Counted from the first letter of the stretch, positions 8,251-17,273 are shown. The stretch is 64,000 nt of DNA from Clostridia bacterium (GCA_017454525.1 JAFTCT010000100.1:4850-68849); one strand, 5' to 3'. Made by a program: numbers and translations. The notes: generated by a model from the letters alone, not told the origin.

Positions 8251-10488
8251 TCATTTCAAGGCGCCGAGTCCCATGAACGCGAGAATACTGTTCAGGTTTT
8301 CCTTCATCTGAAGGTCGCCGCCGTGCTCGATCAAGATCTGCTCGCACGCATAGACCGCGTCGTCCTTATCATACTCCGAAACGCCGGCAAAGCCGTCGAG
8401 CGGGTCGGAGCCGGAGCGCGCAACGGACTCTCTGGCTGTTTTCACGATCAGATCGGAGGAAGCGACCGTTTCAAAGAATCCCTTCAGGTCTCCTCCCACC
8501 GCCTCCGCGAGCGACTTGCCGTCCGGATGCTCCTGATAGTTGAGCGCGACCGTCGTCAGCTCGATCACCGCTTTCGTATCTTTTTCGGTATTGTCATTGT
8601 CGGCGATGTTTCCGATCAGGTCAGAAATGAATTCTCTTGTCGCCTCGGTGTTGTTTGAAGGACCGGCGATCGTCTCAAAAACGTCTCCCGAAAGGATCTC
8701 TCTGATCGCCGAGGCGGATTCCTTCGTCATTCCCTTCATCAGGTCTTCCACGTACTTGGCGCTTTGACCTCTGTCCGCCTTCTTCATGCTGTCGACCGCG
8801 AGCGCGAGATCCTTAAAGGAGCGGATGAGGTTTTCAAGAGCTCCGTACGAACGTCCCTGTTCGATCGCGCGCAGATCGTCAGACAGCGCATCCTTGAAGG
8901 ACTTCGTCATCGAGCTGTTGATGAGCGAGGAATTCTCCTTGTCGATCGTCGGAAGTACGTCGCTGATAAAGACGTTGACCGTTTCTTCCCCGATATAGGG
9001 ATGCAGAGCCGCGCCGATCATAAACTCAGACAGCGCCTTTGCGTCGATAGAACGGAGATCAAGCTCCTTGAATTCTTCGGTAGAGCCGAATAACGCGGAC
9101 AGTGAGGAAATCATTTTCTTGAGCGCAGTCGCTTCATCAAGGATCTGTTTTTCACTCTTTATCGGATCGCTCTTGATCTTATCGCGGATCCTGCGATAGA
9201 CCGGTTCCATTGACCCGCCGAATATTTCGCCGTCGTCCTTTTCGCCGAGAGCCGTCAAGCCTTCCGTCATCAGATAGTCCGCCATACGGGACAGCAGCGA
9301 CGAGGAGCGCACGTCCTTTGAAATCGCGCCGACGAGCTGCTCGTTCTTAAATGCGTCGAAGAGCTTTTGGCGGTCCTTTGTCGTAAACGGCACTTTTTCG
9401 ACAATGAGATCCTTTGCAGCCGCGCCCAGAGCGGCAACCGCGTCGTTGACGTCCTTCACGCTGCTCTCTTTCAGCATCGAGAGAACGGTATCCGGGATCT
9501 CGTTTTTGCCGTCTTCGGCGGCAAACTCACCCGCGATCCCCGCCGCTTCGACCGTCAATTGCGCGTTAAAATCGTCAAAGACAAACCAGGATACGAACCC
9601 GTCGATCTTTTCCTGCGCGTCGCTTATGCGTTCCGGTCCCATCAGAGCGATCTCGACGGCGGTCCCGAAGGACGATGAAGCGTCCTCGATAAGATCGGCG
9701 GCGTTGTGGGAAGAACCGCCGTATGTAAAGGACGGGAAAATGCTGCGTGAAAAGCCGATGAAATTGCGGCCGGAGAGCGCAACGCCGGGAGAATTCAGTA
9801 CCGCCCGGGCGATCCCGTGGGCGGCGCTCACTTTTTCAATCGCGTCGTCATTCAGTTTTTCATCCCCGGACGTCCCCGTCTCCCGTTCCGCCGCAGCGGT
9901 AGGCTCCGTAATACGCGCAACGGCGCCGGCGCCTGTTCCGATCACGGCGAAAACCGGGACGAAAAAGAGAATGGAAAGCAGGATCGCATCGAGCAGACGT
10001 ATGCACATTCCGCCGATCTTCATGCCGGTCGGCGTGTTTTCTTTATAGAGAAGACTTTTGAGCGTGCACCCGGTAACGATCTTCAGGGTCAGCAGGATGA
10101 GCAGGAAAACAAAGATGAAGAGGATCGCCGCAACGGCGTATGTGATGAGCGCGGTCGCCAATACCCGCGCGCTCTCAAGAGACTGAAGCTTCTCAACGCC
10201 GGCGCTCCCCGTGTTCGTCAGATTGACGGAGACTGCGTCATAGATCTTTCGGGAAATCAGCGCCGCGATAGGTTTTGTCAGAAAAACCGAAAGAAAATAT
10301 GCGATAAGCGAGGCGCCGAGCGAAACGAGCGACAGCCACAGTCCGCGCTTATAGCCGCGCACCATAAAGATCGGGATAAGGATCGCCGCGAGCAGGATCG
10401 CCGGAAGAAAAAGCAGAAACGGAAGGGCGCCGGAAATAAAGGACAGCGCGCCGCTGAATTCTCCGAATACGTTCGTTATTGCATCCAT
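8251..10488 (-). CDS. CvpA-like membrane domain fused to a ~550-aa helical soluble domain (function unknown)
   Basis: The N-terminal ~200 aa contain four TM helices in a CvpA (colicin V production) like arrangement. The remainder is hydrophilic, Asp/Glu/Lys-rich and likely alpha-helical. Confidence 0.5.
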   Translation of the reverse strand: MDAITNVFGEFSGALSFISGALPFLLFLPAILLAAILIPIFMVRGYKRGLWLSLVSLGASLIAYFLSVFLTKPIAALISRKIYDAVSVNLTNTGSAGVEKLQSLESARVLATALITYAVAAILFIFVFLLILLTLKIVTGCTLKSLLYKENTPTGMKIGGMCIRLLDAILLSILFFVPVFAVIGTGAGAVARITEPTAAAERETGTSGDEKLNDDAIEKVSAAHGIARAVLNSPGVALSGRNFIGFSRSIFPSFTYGGSSHNAADLIEDASSSFGTAVEIALMGPERISDAQEKIDGFVSWFVFDDFNAQLTVEAAGIAGEFAAEDGKNEIPDTVLSMLKESSVKDVNDAVAALGAAAKDLIVEKVPFTTKDRQKLFDAFKNEQLVGAISKDVRSSSLLSRMADYLMTEGLTALGEKDDGEIFGGSMEPVYRRIRDKIKSDPIKSEKQILDEATALKKMISSLSALFGSTEEFKELDLRSIDAKALSEFMIGAALHPYIGEETVNVFISDVLPTIDKENSSLINSSMTKSFKDALSDDLRAIEQGRSYGALENLIRSFKDLALAVDSMKKADRGQSAKYVEDLMKGMTKESASAIREILSGDVFETIAGPSNNTEATREFISDLIGNIADNDNTEKDTKAVIELTTVALNYQEHPDGKSLAEAVGGDLKGFFETVASSDLIVKTARESVARSGSDPLDGFAGVSEYDKDDAVYACEQILIEHGGDLQMKENLNSILAFMGLGALK

Positions 10489-10519
10489 TATCTCTCTCCT
10501 TGTTTTTCAAGCATAGCGT

Positions 10520-11533
10520 TCAACAGTTCGTGTTCAGAAGTCTGATGCCGCTGTTCTCACAGCGGGCGATCTCATTCTCACTCCAGATCGAAGACTGGAC
10601 CTGACCGATATGCATTTTCTCGAGAATGACCATGCATATTCTCGACTGACCGATTCCGCCGCCGACGGACAACGGCAGTTTTCCTTCGATCAGCGCGCGG
10701 TGAAACGGCAGTTTCGCGCGCTCGGGACACCCCGCTCTTTCGAGCTGATCCAAAAGCGACGCCGCGTTGACGCGGATTCCCATCGAGGAAAGCTCCACCG
10801 CTTTGTTCAACGGTTCGTACCAGACCAGCAGATCTCCGTTCAACGACCAGTCGTCATAGTCGGGCGCGCGTCCGTCGTGCGGCACGCCGTTCGACAGCCT
10901 GCCTCCGATCTGCGTCAGGAGCACAGAACCGTACTTTCTGCAGATCTCATTCTCGCGCTCCTTGGGCGAAAGGTCAGGATACATCTCAAGCAGTTCCTCG
11001 GATGAGACCGTGTAAAAATCCCGCTTGATTTCCAGACGCATACAGGGATAAACGCCATTGATGTAATTCTTCGTATGTACCAAAGCGTTGAACACTCTGC
11101 CGGCGACCTCCTTCAGATAGTCGATCGTTCGGTCGCTTTCGGTGATCACCTTTTCCCAGTCCCACTGATCGACGTAAATCGAATGCAGTTCATCCAGCGT
11201 CTCGTCGCGTCTGATCGCGTTCATATCAGTATAAAGACCCTCTCCGGGCAGAAAGCCGTATTGAGCGAGCGCCATACGCTTCCATTTGGCAAGCGAATGC
11301 ACGATCTGAACGCGCTTTTCTCCCGCTCCGGGTACGTCAAATTCGACCGGACGCTCAACGCCGTTCAGATCGTCGTTGAGACCGCTTGACGCGCGCACGA
11401 ACAAAGGCGCCGTCACGCGCTCAAGATTCAGCTGCCGCGCCAGCTCCTCCTCAAAGCGGTCCTTGACGAGTTTGATCGCCCTGTCGGTCTCGCGCAAATT
11501 CATATAATCATAATGATCCATACCGTTCCTCAC
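10520..11533 (-). CDS. asnA: aspartate--ammonia ligase (asparagine synthetase A)
   Basis: Near-colinear with the remembered E. coli AsnA: HSLAKWKR, YVDQWDWEKV, RAPDYDDWSLNGDLLVW, ELSSMGIRV, GGGIGQSR...HIGQVQ. An alternative start MDHYDY lies at 11521. Confidence 0.92.
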   Translation of the reverse strand: MRNGMDHYDYMNLRETDRAIKLVKDRFEEELARQLNLERVTAPLFVRASSGLNDDLNGVERPVEFDVPGAGEKRVQIVHSLAKWKRMALAQYGFLPGEGLYTDMNAIRRDETLDELHSIYVDQWDWEKVITESDRTIDYLKEVAGRVFNALVHTKNYINGVYPCMRLEIKRDFYTVSSEELLEMYPDLSPKERENEICRKYGSVLLTQIGGRLSNGVPHDGRAPDYDDWSLNGDLLVWYEPLNKAVELSSMGIRVNAASLLDQLERAGCPERAKLPFHRALIEGKLPLSVGGGIGQSRICMVILEKMHIGQVQSSIWSENEIARCENSGIRLLNTNC

Positions 11534-11583
11534 ACATTCCGAAAACTCGTTGTCCGCATACCGCAGCCTCCTCTTCAGGGAGG

Positions 11584-12273
11584 TCAGAGCGCTTTCGCCC
11601 CCTCAAGAAGCCTTTCGGTGTATCCGCTGATAATTCTTTCGTTATATTCGCCGAGCTTGGACAGACCCTTCTCGTATTTCCGGACAGACTTCTCATCCGC
11701 GCCGTGAAGATCGGTGCCGAACGCGACGATCCTGTCCGCCATAAAGTATTTTTCAAGTTCTCTTCTCGTTTTTCTGTGAACGAGCGCGGAGGCGTTGACC
11801 TGACCGAGGACCTGAAGACACATCAGTTCCGAAACGTCGTCGTAATCGTAGCGGTCGATATGCGCCATAACGACCGTCAGATCGCGCTTCGTCATATTCT
11901 CGACGGCATAGAGGATCTTGTCGGAAAAACGGGTGAAAGGCATCTCAAGCAGTATCGTGTTCGTGCCCTTCACACACAGTTTTTCAATACCGTTCATCTT
12001 GTCGATCTCAGGGCATACGAGCACTTCTGCGCCGAGATAGATCGTCGGAGCGTTCTCCGGCAAAGCGTTCTTCAACTTCTCCGACGTGAAATTGCGCATC
12101 ACCAGAAACTCGTCGATCGACGTCTGTTCCGGATAAAAATGCGGCGTTGCCACGATCCTGTCGATCCCCGCGAATTGCTGAAGTCTGATCTGGTCGAGCG
12201 AAACGTCCGTGCCGGTGCTGCCGTGATCGGCACCCGGCAAAATGTGACAATGAAAATCTATACGATGATCCAT
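11584..12273 (-). CDS. PHP-family phosphotyrosine protein phosphatase (CpsB/YwqE type)
   Basis: N-terminal MDHRIDFHCHILPGADHGS metal-binding motif, ~230 aa, located immediately downstream of the BY-kinase. Confidence 0.8.
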   Translation of the reverse strand: MDHRIDFHCHILPGADHGSTGTDVSLDQIRLQQFAGIDRIVATPHFYPEQTSIDEFLVMRNFTSEKLKNALPENAPTIYLGAEVLVCPEIDKMNGIEKLCVKGTNTILLEMPFTRFSDKILYAVENMTKRDLTVVMAHIDRYDYDDVSELMCLQVLGQVNASALVHRKTRRELEKYFMADRIVAFGTDLHGADEKSVRKYEKGLSKLGEYNERIISGYTERLLEGAKAL

Positions 12274-12327
12274 ATTATCTCCCGGATCGGTTGATCCATT
12301 ATTCTTTGAACACTAAGGCGTTTCCGA

Positions 12328-13140
12328 TCAGTCGCGGCTCGTATTGTCAGGGCTTTGTTCTCTGCGGTAGTAATAATAATAGCGTCCGTATTTTCTGTCA
12401 CGGTAATAGTTGTCGGACTTGATGTCGTATCCGTTGAGCACAAGTCCGAGGATTGTGCAGTTCATCTGCTTCATATTGTTGATCGTCTCATTCACGGTCG
12501 GCGCGTCGGATTCTCCCGAACGGACGACGAAAACGTATCCGGTCACAAGCGTCGAGATCGCCATCGCGTCCGCAACGACGCCGGCGGGCGGAAGGTCGAC
12601 GATGATCACGTCAAAACGCTCGCGCAGCTGCGCAAAGATCCTCTTGGTCTGTTCGTAAGCGAGCAGTTCCTGAGGGTTGGGCGGGATATTCCCCGCGAGA
12701 ATGATCGAGAGGTTCGGATACTGCTCGGCGGAGGTGACTGCCTGGTCGATCGTACACTGACCGCTCAGCAGCTCGCTGAGTCCGTATTCGTGGCGCATTG
12801 AGAAGCAGCGGTGCTGCACCGGCTTGCGCATATCGGCGTCGATCAGCAGAGCGCGCTTGTTCATCATCGAGAAGGCGACCGCAAGATTAGCCGAGATCAG
12901 ACTTTTGCCGGTATTCTGATAGCTGCTCACCACACCGAAAACGGGGCACTTTTCACTGTTCGTCGTATAGAGAAGATTGGTTCTCAGGGTCTTGAACGCT
13001 TCGGCGACCGCGAATGGGGTCTTTTCGTTCAGGATCTTTCCCTTGTATTTGATCGCCGCGTGCGAAGAAACGGACTTGTCTTCCTTGTGTTTTTTCCTCA
13101 TAAAGAATCTCGAAATATTCATTTTCTCAACTCCTTTCAA
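12328..13140 (-). CDS. CpsD/CapB-family bacterial tyrosine kinase (BY-kinase catalytic subunit)
   Basis: Walker A (YQNTGKS), Walker A' (LLIDADMRKP), Walker B (VIIVDLPP) and a C-terminal tyrosine cluster (DNYYRDRKYGRYYYYYRRE). Confidence 0.88.
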   Translation of the reverse strand: MKGVEKMNISRFFMRKKHKEDKSVSSHAAIKYKGKILNEKTPFAVAEAFKTLRTNLLYTTNSEKCPVFGVVSSYQNTGKSLISANLAVAFSMMNKRALLIDADMRKPVQHRCFSMRHEYGLSELLSGQCTIDQAVTSAEQYPNLSIILAGNIPPNPQELLAYEQTKRIFAQLRERFDVIIVDLPPAGVVADAMAISTLVTGYVFVVRSGESDAPTVNETINNMKQMNCTILGLVLNGYDIKSDNYYRDRKYGRYYYYYRREQSPDNTSRD

Positions 13141-13144
13141 GCGT

Positions 13145-13885
13145 TCAGTCCTTGTTTCCGGATTGTCCGGACTTGGTCTTGTTCATGATTTTTTCGCCGC
13201 TCTCCACTTCGCCGGTATAATAAGGGATCATCCCCAGTACGGGGAGATTGACGTACTTTTTCAGATCGTGCTCGCTGCGGATGGTCACGTCCAGAAGCGT
13301 ATAGATCAGAAACACGATATACGTGATCAGCCCGGCGGCGACCGCGCCGACAAGTCCGTACTTGAGCGCCCTGTTGCCGTTGGAAGGATTGACGGGCGCC
13401 GATTCGGGCGATTCTATGATATCAAATTCTATCAGACGGTAGTTTTCAATGAACTCGGGCAGCAGATCCTTGAACGACTGGATCATTGCGAAAGAAACCT
13501 CCGGTCTTGTCGTCGTCACGATCACGGAAAAACCGCTGTCCGTAGCGTTCGCGGAAATGGACGTCGCGCTCTTCATCAGCGAGACCGCCGGCTTTCCGTC
13601 GACCTCGATCCCCGCGTGCTCCACGACCGCCTTGATGGTATCCGTCGTTTTCAGACGCGTGATCGCGCTGCTGACGTGTCTCGGCATCGTGGAGATCTCG
13701 CTGCTGGATCTGCCGTACAGGTCCACAAGGCAATCCATTCTGCAGGTATAGTTGTCCTTGATGAGGAACTGCGCTCCGACCGCTACGGCGCAGCCGACGA
13801 GCACGGCAACGAGCACGATCCACACGGCGTACTTCTTGAATACCTCCAGCATTTTTGAAAACGTGATCTGATTTGTATTATCCAT
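13145..13885 (-). CDS. Wzz/CpsC-type polysaccharide co-polymerase (BY-kinase transmembrane activator)
   Basis: N- and C-terminal TM helices flank a periplasmic-type domain. C-terminal PVLGMIP motif typical of CpsC/YwqC. Only 4 nt separate it from the kinase gene. Confidence 0.8.
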   Translation of the reverse strand: MDNTNQITFSKMLEVFKKYAVWIVLVAVLVGCAVAVGAQFLIKDNYTCRMDCLVDLYGRSSSEISTMPRHVSSAITRLKTTDTIKAVVEHAGIEVDGKPAVSLMKSATSISANATDSGFSVIVTTTRPEVSFAMIQSFKDLLPEFIENYRLIEFDIIESPESAPVNPSNGNRALKYGLVGAVAAGLITYIVFLIYTLLDVTIRSEHDLKKYVNLPVLGMIPYYTGEVESGEKIMNKTKSGQSGNKD

Positions 13886-13934
13886 CTCTTGAAGTTCCTT
13901 TCGATTATTTCCTGTTCACAAATCCGTACGGCTG

Positions 13935-14957
13935 TCAGCGTTTCGTTCCGTCTGCCGCATAGATGTTGATGATCTCCCTGTTGAGAAGCTTGATCTGCGC
14001 ATAAAGCACGTCGATCTGAAATTTCAGTTCGTTGATGATCAGCGCGTATTCTGTATCGGATTTCAGTCTTTCCGCGCGGTATTCGTCATAACTTCTGTAA
14101 AAACTGTTGTCCAGCTTGATCGTTTCCACGATATTGCTCAGACTTCCCAGGGACGTATCGTTCGTCGCTATTTCGCCCGCCATACCGTTTCTCGCGCCCC
14201 TGGTGGAGATCGACATACACACGCCCTTGTTCATACCGGCTTCGTAGTTGTCTCTGATCGGGGTCCTCTTGGAGGTATACAGATACGGGATATAGAGGAT
14301 ATCGCTCTCGGACGTGATCATATTCGCCTTCAGCGGGCAGTTCTGATCCTGCGCGTTGAAATAGACCGATTCGATCTCGTCGAGCGCAAGCGCGGCGTCG
14401 AGCAGTTCCCTGCTGTAATTGTGTCTTCCGAACGCCATCACCTTCGGGAAGGGGATGCCGAGGTCGGTGAGCTCGGCTCGCACAAGCGAGAAATACGACG
14501 CGGCGTCGAAGCCGTCCGGGATCTCCTCGGGCAGCGCCACCGCGAGCGTCCACCCCAGTTCTCTCAGCGTATTGTACTGGTCAAACGTGATACATCCGTC
14601 TTTTCCGATCATTTCTTCGGAGGTGACGCAGTACACCGCTTTCGCCCGGTATTTCATCAGGGACCGACGAAAGACTTCGTTATACAGGTTTTCGGCGCAT
14701 TGCTGGAAGAGCAGCGTCGTCATGGATTTTCCGAACTGCTCGTAATAGGAGCACTCTTCGATCTTCACTTTCCGGGCGGTCGTTTTGCTGTTGTAGTCCG
14801 AAACGAGCGACGACGCCTTTTCGTTGAGCGGCTCCACGAACTCCCGTACGCGTTTGTCCCGCAAGGCCCTTGAAAAAGTAAGAAAGGACGCCGTTATCGC
14901 CAGTACCAATACCGAAAACACGATCAGCAATGCCGTTGCGGCTCTTGTGACCCTCAT
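13935..14957 (-). CDS. hypothetical single-pass membrane protein with C-terminal coiled coil (possibly a degenerate polysaccharide-deacetylase-like fold)
   Basis: N-terminal TM (ALLIVFSVLVLAITASFLTF). A CITFDQ segment is reminiscent of the NodB TFDDG motif but degenerate. C-terminal heptad-like region. Confidence 0.4.
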   Translation of the reverse strand: MRVTRAATALLIVFSVLVLAITASFLTFSRALRDKRVREFVEPLNEKASSLVSDYNSKTTARKVKIEECSYYEQFGKSMTTLLFQQCAENLYNEVFRRSLMKYRAKAVYCVTSEEMIGKDGCITFDQYNTLRELGWTLAVALPEEIPDGFDAASYFSLVRAELTDLGIPFPKVMAFGRHNYSRELLDAALALDEIESVYFNAQDQNCPLKANMITSESDILYIPYLYTSKRTPIRDNYEAGMNKGVCMSISTRGARNGMAGEIATNDTSLGSLSNIVETIKLDNSFYRSYDEYRAERLKSDTEYALIINELKFQIDVLYAQIKLLNREIINIYAADGTKR

Positions 14958-15004
14958 GCTCTGTCGATCGCTCCTTTCTTCTTTCGTTTGCGTTTGTTAT
15001 GCGG

Positions 15005-15445
15005 TCATTTTTTTGCTCTCCGGACGACCGCGCCGAACGCTCTTTTTACTTGATGAAGACAGTATCTGACGGGATAGGCGTATCTCCAAAGCGCGATCAG
15101 CAGACGCATTCCCGCCGTTTGACGCACAACCCTTTTGCCGTCTTTGAGGATATGATCCATTTTCGCCATGATCGCGTCGAAGGGTACGCGTTCTGTGTAA
15201 TAGCAGTTGTCTCCGCGCACCGTGCACACGCCGTTTTTTACCTTCAGCACCCTGTGCATGACGTGGCGATCCTTGGAAATATAGAGGATCACGTCGTATT
15301 TTTCCGGTCTGCCGTCAAAAGCGCGCATCGCGACGCTGTCCCGCCCTCCGCGAATGAACGGGCGCATGCTGTTCCCCTGCGGAGTGGACATATACACGCC
15401 GTTTTTCTTTATGAATTCCGCCTTGTTCAACGGCTCGTTGTTCAT
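15005..15445 (-). CDS. soluble S24/S26-family (signal-peptidase/LexA-like) Ser-Lys peptidase
   Basis: GNSMRP (Ser nucleophile box), HRVLKV (general-base Lys box) and RGDN box. No TM helix. Its start overlaps the stop of the PqqD-like gene by 4 nt. Confidence 0.7.
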   Translation of the reverse strand: MNNEPLNKAEFIKKNGVYMSTPQGNSMRPFIRGGRDSVAMRAFDGRPEKYDVILYISKDRHVMHRVLKVKNGVCTVRGDNCYYTERVPFDAIMAKMDHILKDGKRVVRQTAGMRLLIALWRYAYPVRYCLHQVKRAFGAVVRRAKK

Positions 15446-15714
15446 ACGAGCAAACCCGCTTTTTCAAGACTGTCCAGAAACGCCCGCACGTCCCGCGCCG
15501 CCTGCTCAAAGGAAATGCCGTATCCCGAGACCAGCGCCTGCGCCATCTCCTCTTCGGTCGTTTCCCTCTGCAGCATCTCAAACATCATTTTTCCGGTTCC
15601 GTTCAGGGTGATCATCCCGTTGAACTCGCGGCAAAGCGTGCCCGATGCGACGGCGACGGTCTTGTCGCCGACCTTGCTGATCACAAATCCGTCCTTGACT
15701 TTCATACGTTTCAT
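15442..15714 (-). CDS. PqqD-family protein (RiPP recognition element-type peptide chaperone)
   Basis: 90 aa. Pattern ...F.LNGTG..MFE.L....T.EE....L...Y....EQA..DV..FL..L...GLL is typical of PF05402. GGGAG RBS. Confidence 0.7.
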   Translation of the reverse strand: MKRMKVKDGFVISKVGDKTVAVASGTLCREFNGMITLNGTGKMMFEMLQRETTEEEMAQALVSGYGISFEQAARDVRAFLDSLEKAGLLV

Positions 15715-15745
15715 ACTCCCGTTATTTCAATTGATTATCTGTAAA

Positions 15746-15774
15746 ATTGTATCACAGATCCAACCGGATTGCAA
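15746..15774 (-). promoter_or_regulatory. sigma-A-type promoter in front of the PqqD-like gene
   Basis: Minus-strand TTGCAA - 17 nt - TACAAT, ~30 nt upstream of the GGGAG RBS. Confidence 0.5.
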
Positions 15775-15823
15775 GCGTTTTGTACGCTGCATCCGCCGGC
15801 GCGTTTTTCCGCGCGTATTTCTC

Positions 15824-17227
15824 TTATCCCACCTGTACGTAAGGCAGGACCATGACGCTCGCCAGTCCGAAATAGACGAGCAGAGAGATCGCGTCCACCA
15901 GGGTACTGATGACGGGCGCCGCCATGACCGCGGGGTCAAGACCGATCGCCTTTGCAAGAAGCGGCAGCAGCGCGCCGACCATCTTTGCGATGACCACCGT
16001 CACGGCAAGCGTCGTACAAACCGTGATCATAACGGTGAGCGTCACGTCGTCGTTGCCCATGATCAGCCGGTCGAAGAGGAACATCTTGACCATATTGCAG
16101 CAGGCGAGCACCACGCCGCAGAGGATTCCGACGCGCACTTCCTTGAAAAGCACCTTCAAAAGATCTTTGATCGTGATATCGCCGAGCGAGATCGCACGGA
16201 TGACCGAGACCGACGCCTGCGAACCGGAATTACCGCCGGTATCCATCAGCATCGGGATGAACCCCGACAGTACCAGACACGCGGCGAGCTTGCTCTCGAA
16301 GCCCGAAATGATCGCGCCGGTAAAGGTCGCCGAGATCATCAGAAGCAGCAGCCAGGGGATGCGCGCCTTCCACAGAGCGAAGACCGAGGTCTTGATGTAG
16401 GGCGTTTCGGTAGGCATAACGCCCGCCATTTTGGAGAAGTCTTCCTCGTTCTCTTCCGTAATGACGACGAGCGCGTCGTCGTAGGTCACGATGCCCACGA
16501 GCCGCTGCTCGCGGTCGACGACCGGAAGCGCCATCAGACCGTAGTCGCGCAGACGGTTCGCCGTCTCTTCCCTGTCCTCGTCGGTATACGCGAAGATGAT
16601 ATTCTCTTCCATGAGGTCGTTGACCAGCTTGTCCTGATCGGAGAGCAGCATCTCCTTGACGGTCACGACGCCCAGCAGCTTTTTATCCTTTGTGGTAACG
16701 TAACAGGTATAGATCGTTTCCGAATCGGTACCGACGCGGCGGATGCGCTCAAAAGCTTCTCCGACCGTCATGCCGGGGCGCAGGCTGACGTACTCGGTGG
16801 TCATAATCGAGCCCGCGCTGTCCTTCGGATACTTTAAGATCTGATTGATATCGCTGCGCATCGAGGGATCGGCGGAATTGATGATCCTCTTGACAACGTT
16901 CGCCGGCATCTCTTCAATGATGTCGACGGTATCGTCGACGTACAGCTCCGCGACCAGAGAACGGAGTTCGTTATCGGAGAACCCTAAAATCAGTTTCTCC
17001 TGCAGGTCGCTGTCCATTTCCACGAAAGCGTCTGCCGCGAGTTCCTTCGGCAGCAGCCGGAAAAGAGTCGCGACGCGCTCGGCGGGAATTTCTCCGAACA
17101 GTTCCGCTATATCGATCGGATTGATTTCCGACAGCATTTCCTTGATCGTCAGAAACTTCTTTGCATCCAACAGTTCAAGAATCTGATCGGACGTGATCTC
17201 GGTCATATTTACCGCTCCCTTCTCCAC
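15824..17227 (-). CDS. mgtE: magnesium transporter MgtE
   Basis: N-terminal MgtE_N helices, tandem CBS region, and a C-terminal five-TM domain with MLMDTGGNSGSQAS and PVISTLVD motifs. An alternative start lies at 17206. Confidence 0.9.
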   Translation of the reverse strand: MEKGAVNMTEITSDQILELLDAKKFLTIKEMLSEINPIDIAELFGEIPAERVATLFRLLPKELAADAFVEMDSDLQEKLILGFSDNELRSLVAELYVDDTVDIIEEMPANVVKRIINSADPSMRSDINQILKYPKDSAGSIMTTEYVSLRPGMTVGEAFERIRRVGTDSETIYTCYVTTKDKKLLGVVTVKEMLLSDQDKLVNDLMEENIIFAYTDEDREETANRLRDYGLMALPVVDREQRLVGIVTYDDALVVITEENEEDFSKMAGVMPTETPYIKTSVFALWKARIPWLLLLMISATFTGAIISGFESKLAACLVLSGFIPMLMDTGGNSGSQASVSVIRAISLGDITIKDLLKVLFKEVRVGILCGVVLACCNMVKMFLFDRLIMGNDDVTLTVMITVCTTLAVTVVIAKMVGALLPLLAKAIGLDPAVMAAPVISTLVDAISLLVYFGLASVMVLPYVQVG

Positions 17228-17244
17228 AATGCAAAATCATATAT

Positions 17245-17273
17245 ATTATACTTCAAAAAGCGGGTAATTGCAA
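17245..17273 (-). promoter_or_regulatory. sigma-A-type promoter of mgtE
   Basis: Minus-strand TTGCAA - 17 nt - TATAAT. It leaves only a very short leader. Confidence 0.5.

Noticed and set aside
11534-11583. A T-box or other leader upstream of asnA.
   Set aside because: Only ~50 nt separate the cpsB-type stop from the asnA start, which is too short for a T-box. asnA appears to be co-transcribed with, or closely follows, the upstream genes.
15727-15792. A 21-codon ORF (MQRTKRLQSGWICDTILQIIN) just upstream of the PqqD-like gene, as a possible RiPP precursor.
   Set aside because: It has no Shine-Dalgarno sequence. It overlaps the predicted -35/-10 of the PqqD promoter, so it would lie largely upstream of the transcription start. 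It is also merely the tail of an antisense shadow ORF (15727-15957).
14999-16837. A 612-aa plus-strand ORF spanning the S24 peptidase, the PqqD-like gene and mgtE. Similar long antisense ORFs occur at 748-1896, 19261-20310, 21707-22738, 25774-26973, 28399-29796, 34941-36086, 47919-49382, 49541-50788 and 59296-60516.
   Set aside because: All lie opposite genes with strong family signatures, cross several gene boundaries or intergenic promoters, and have R/G/D/H-biased composition. I treat them as non-coding shadow frames.
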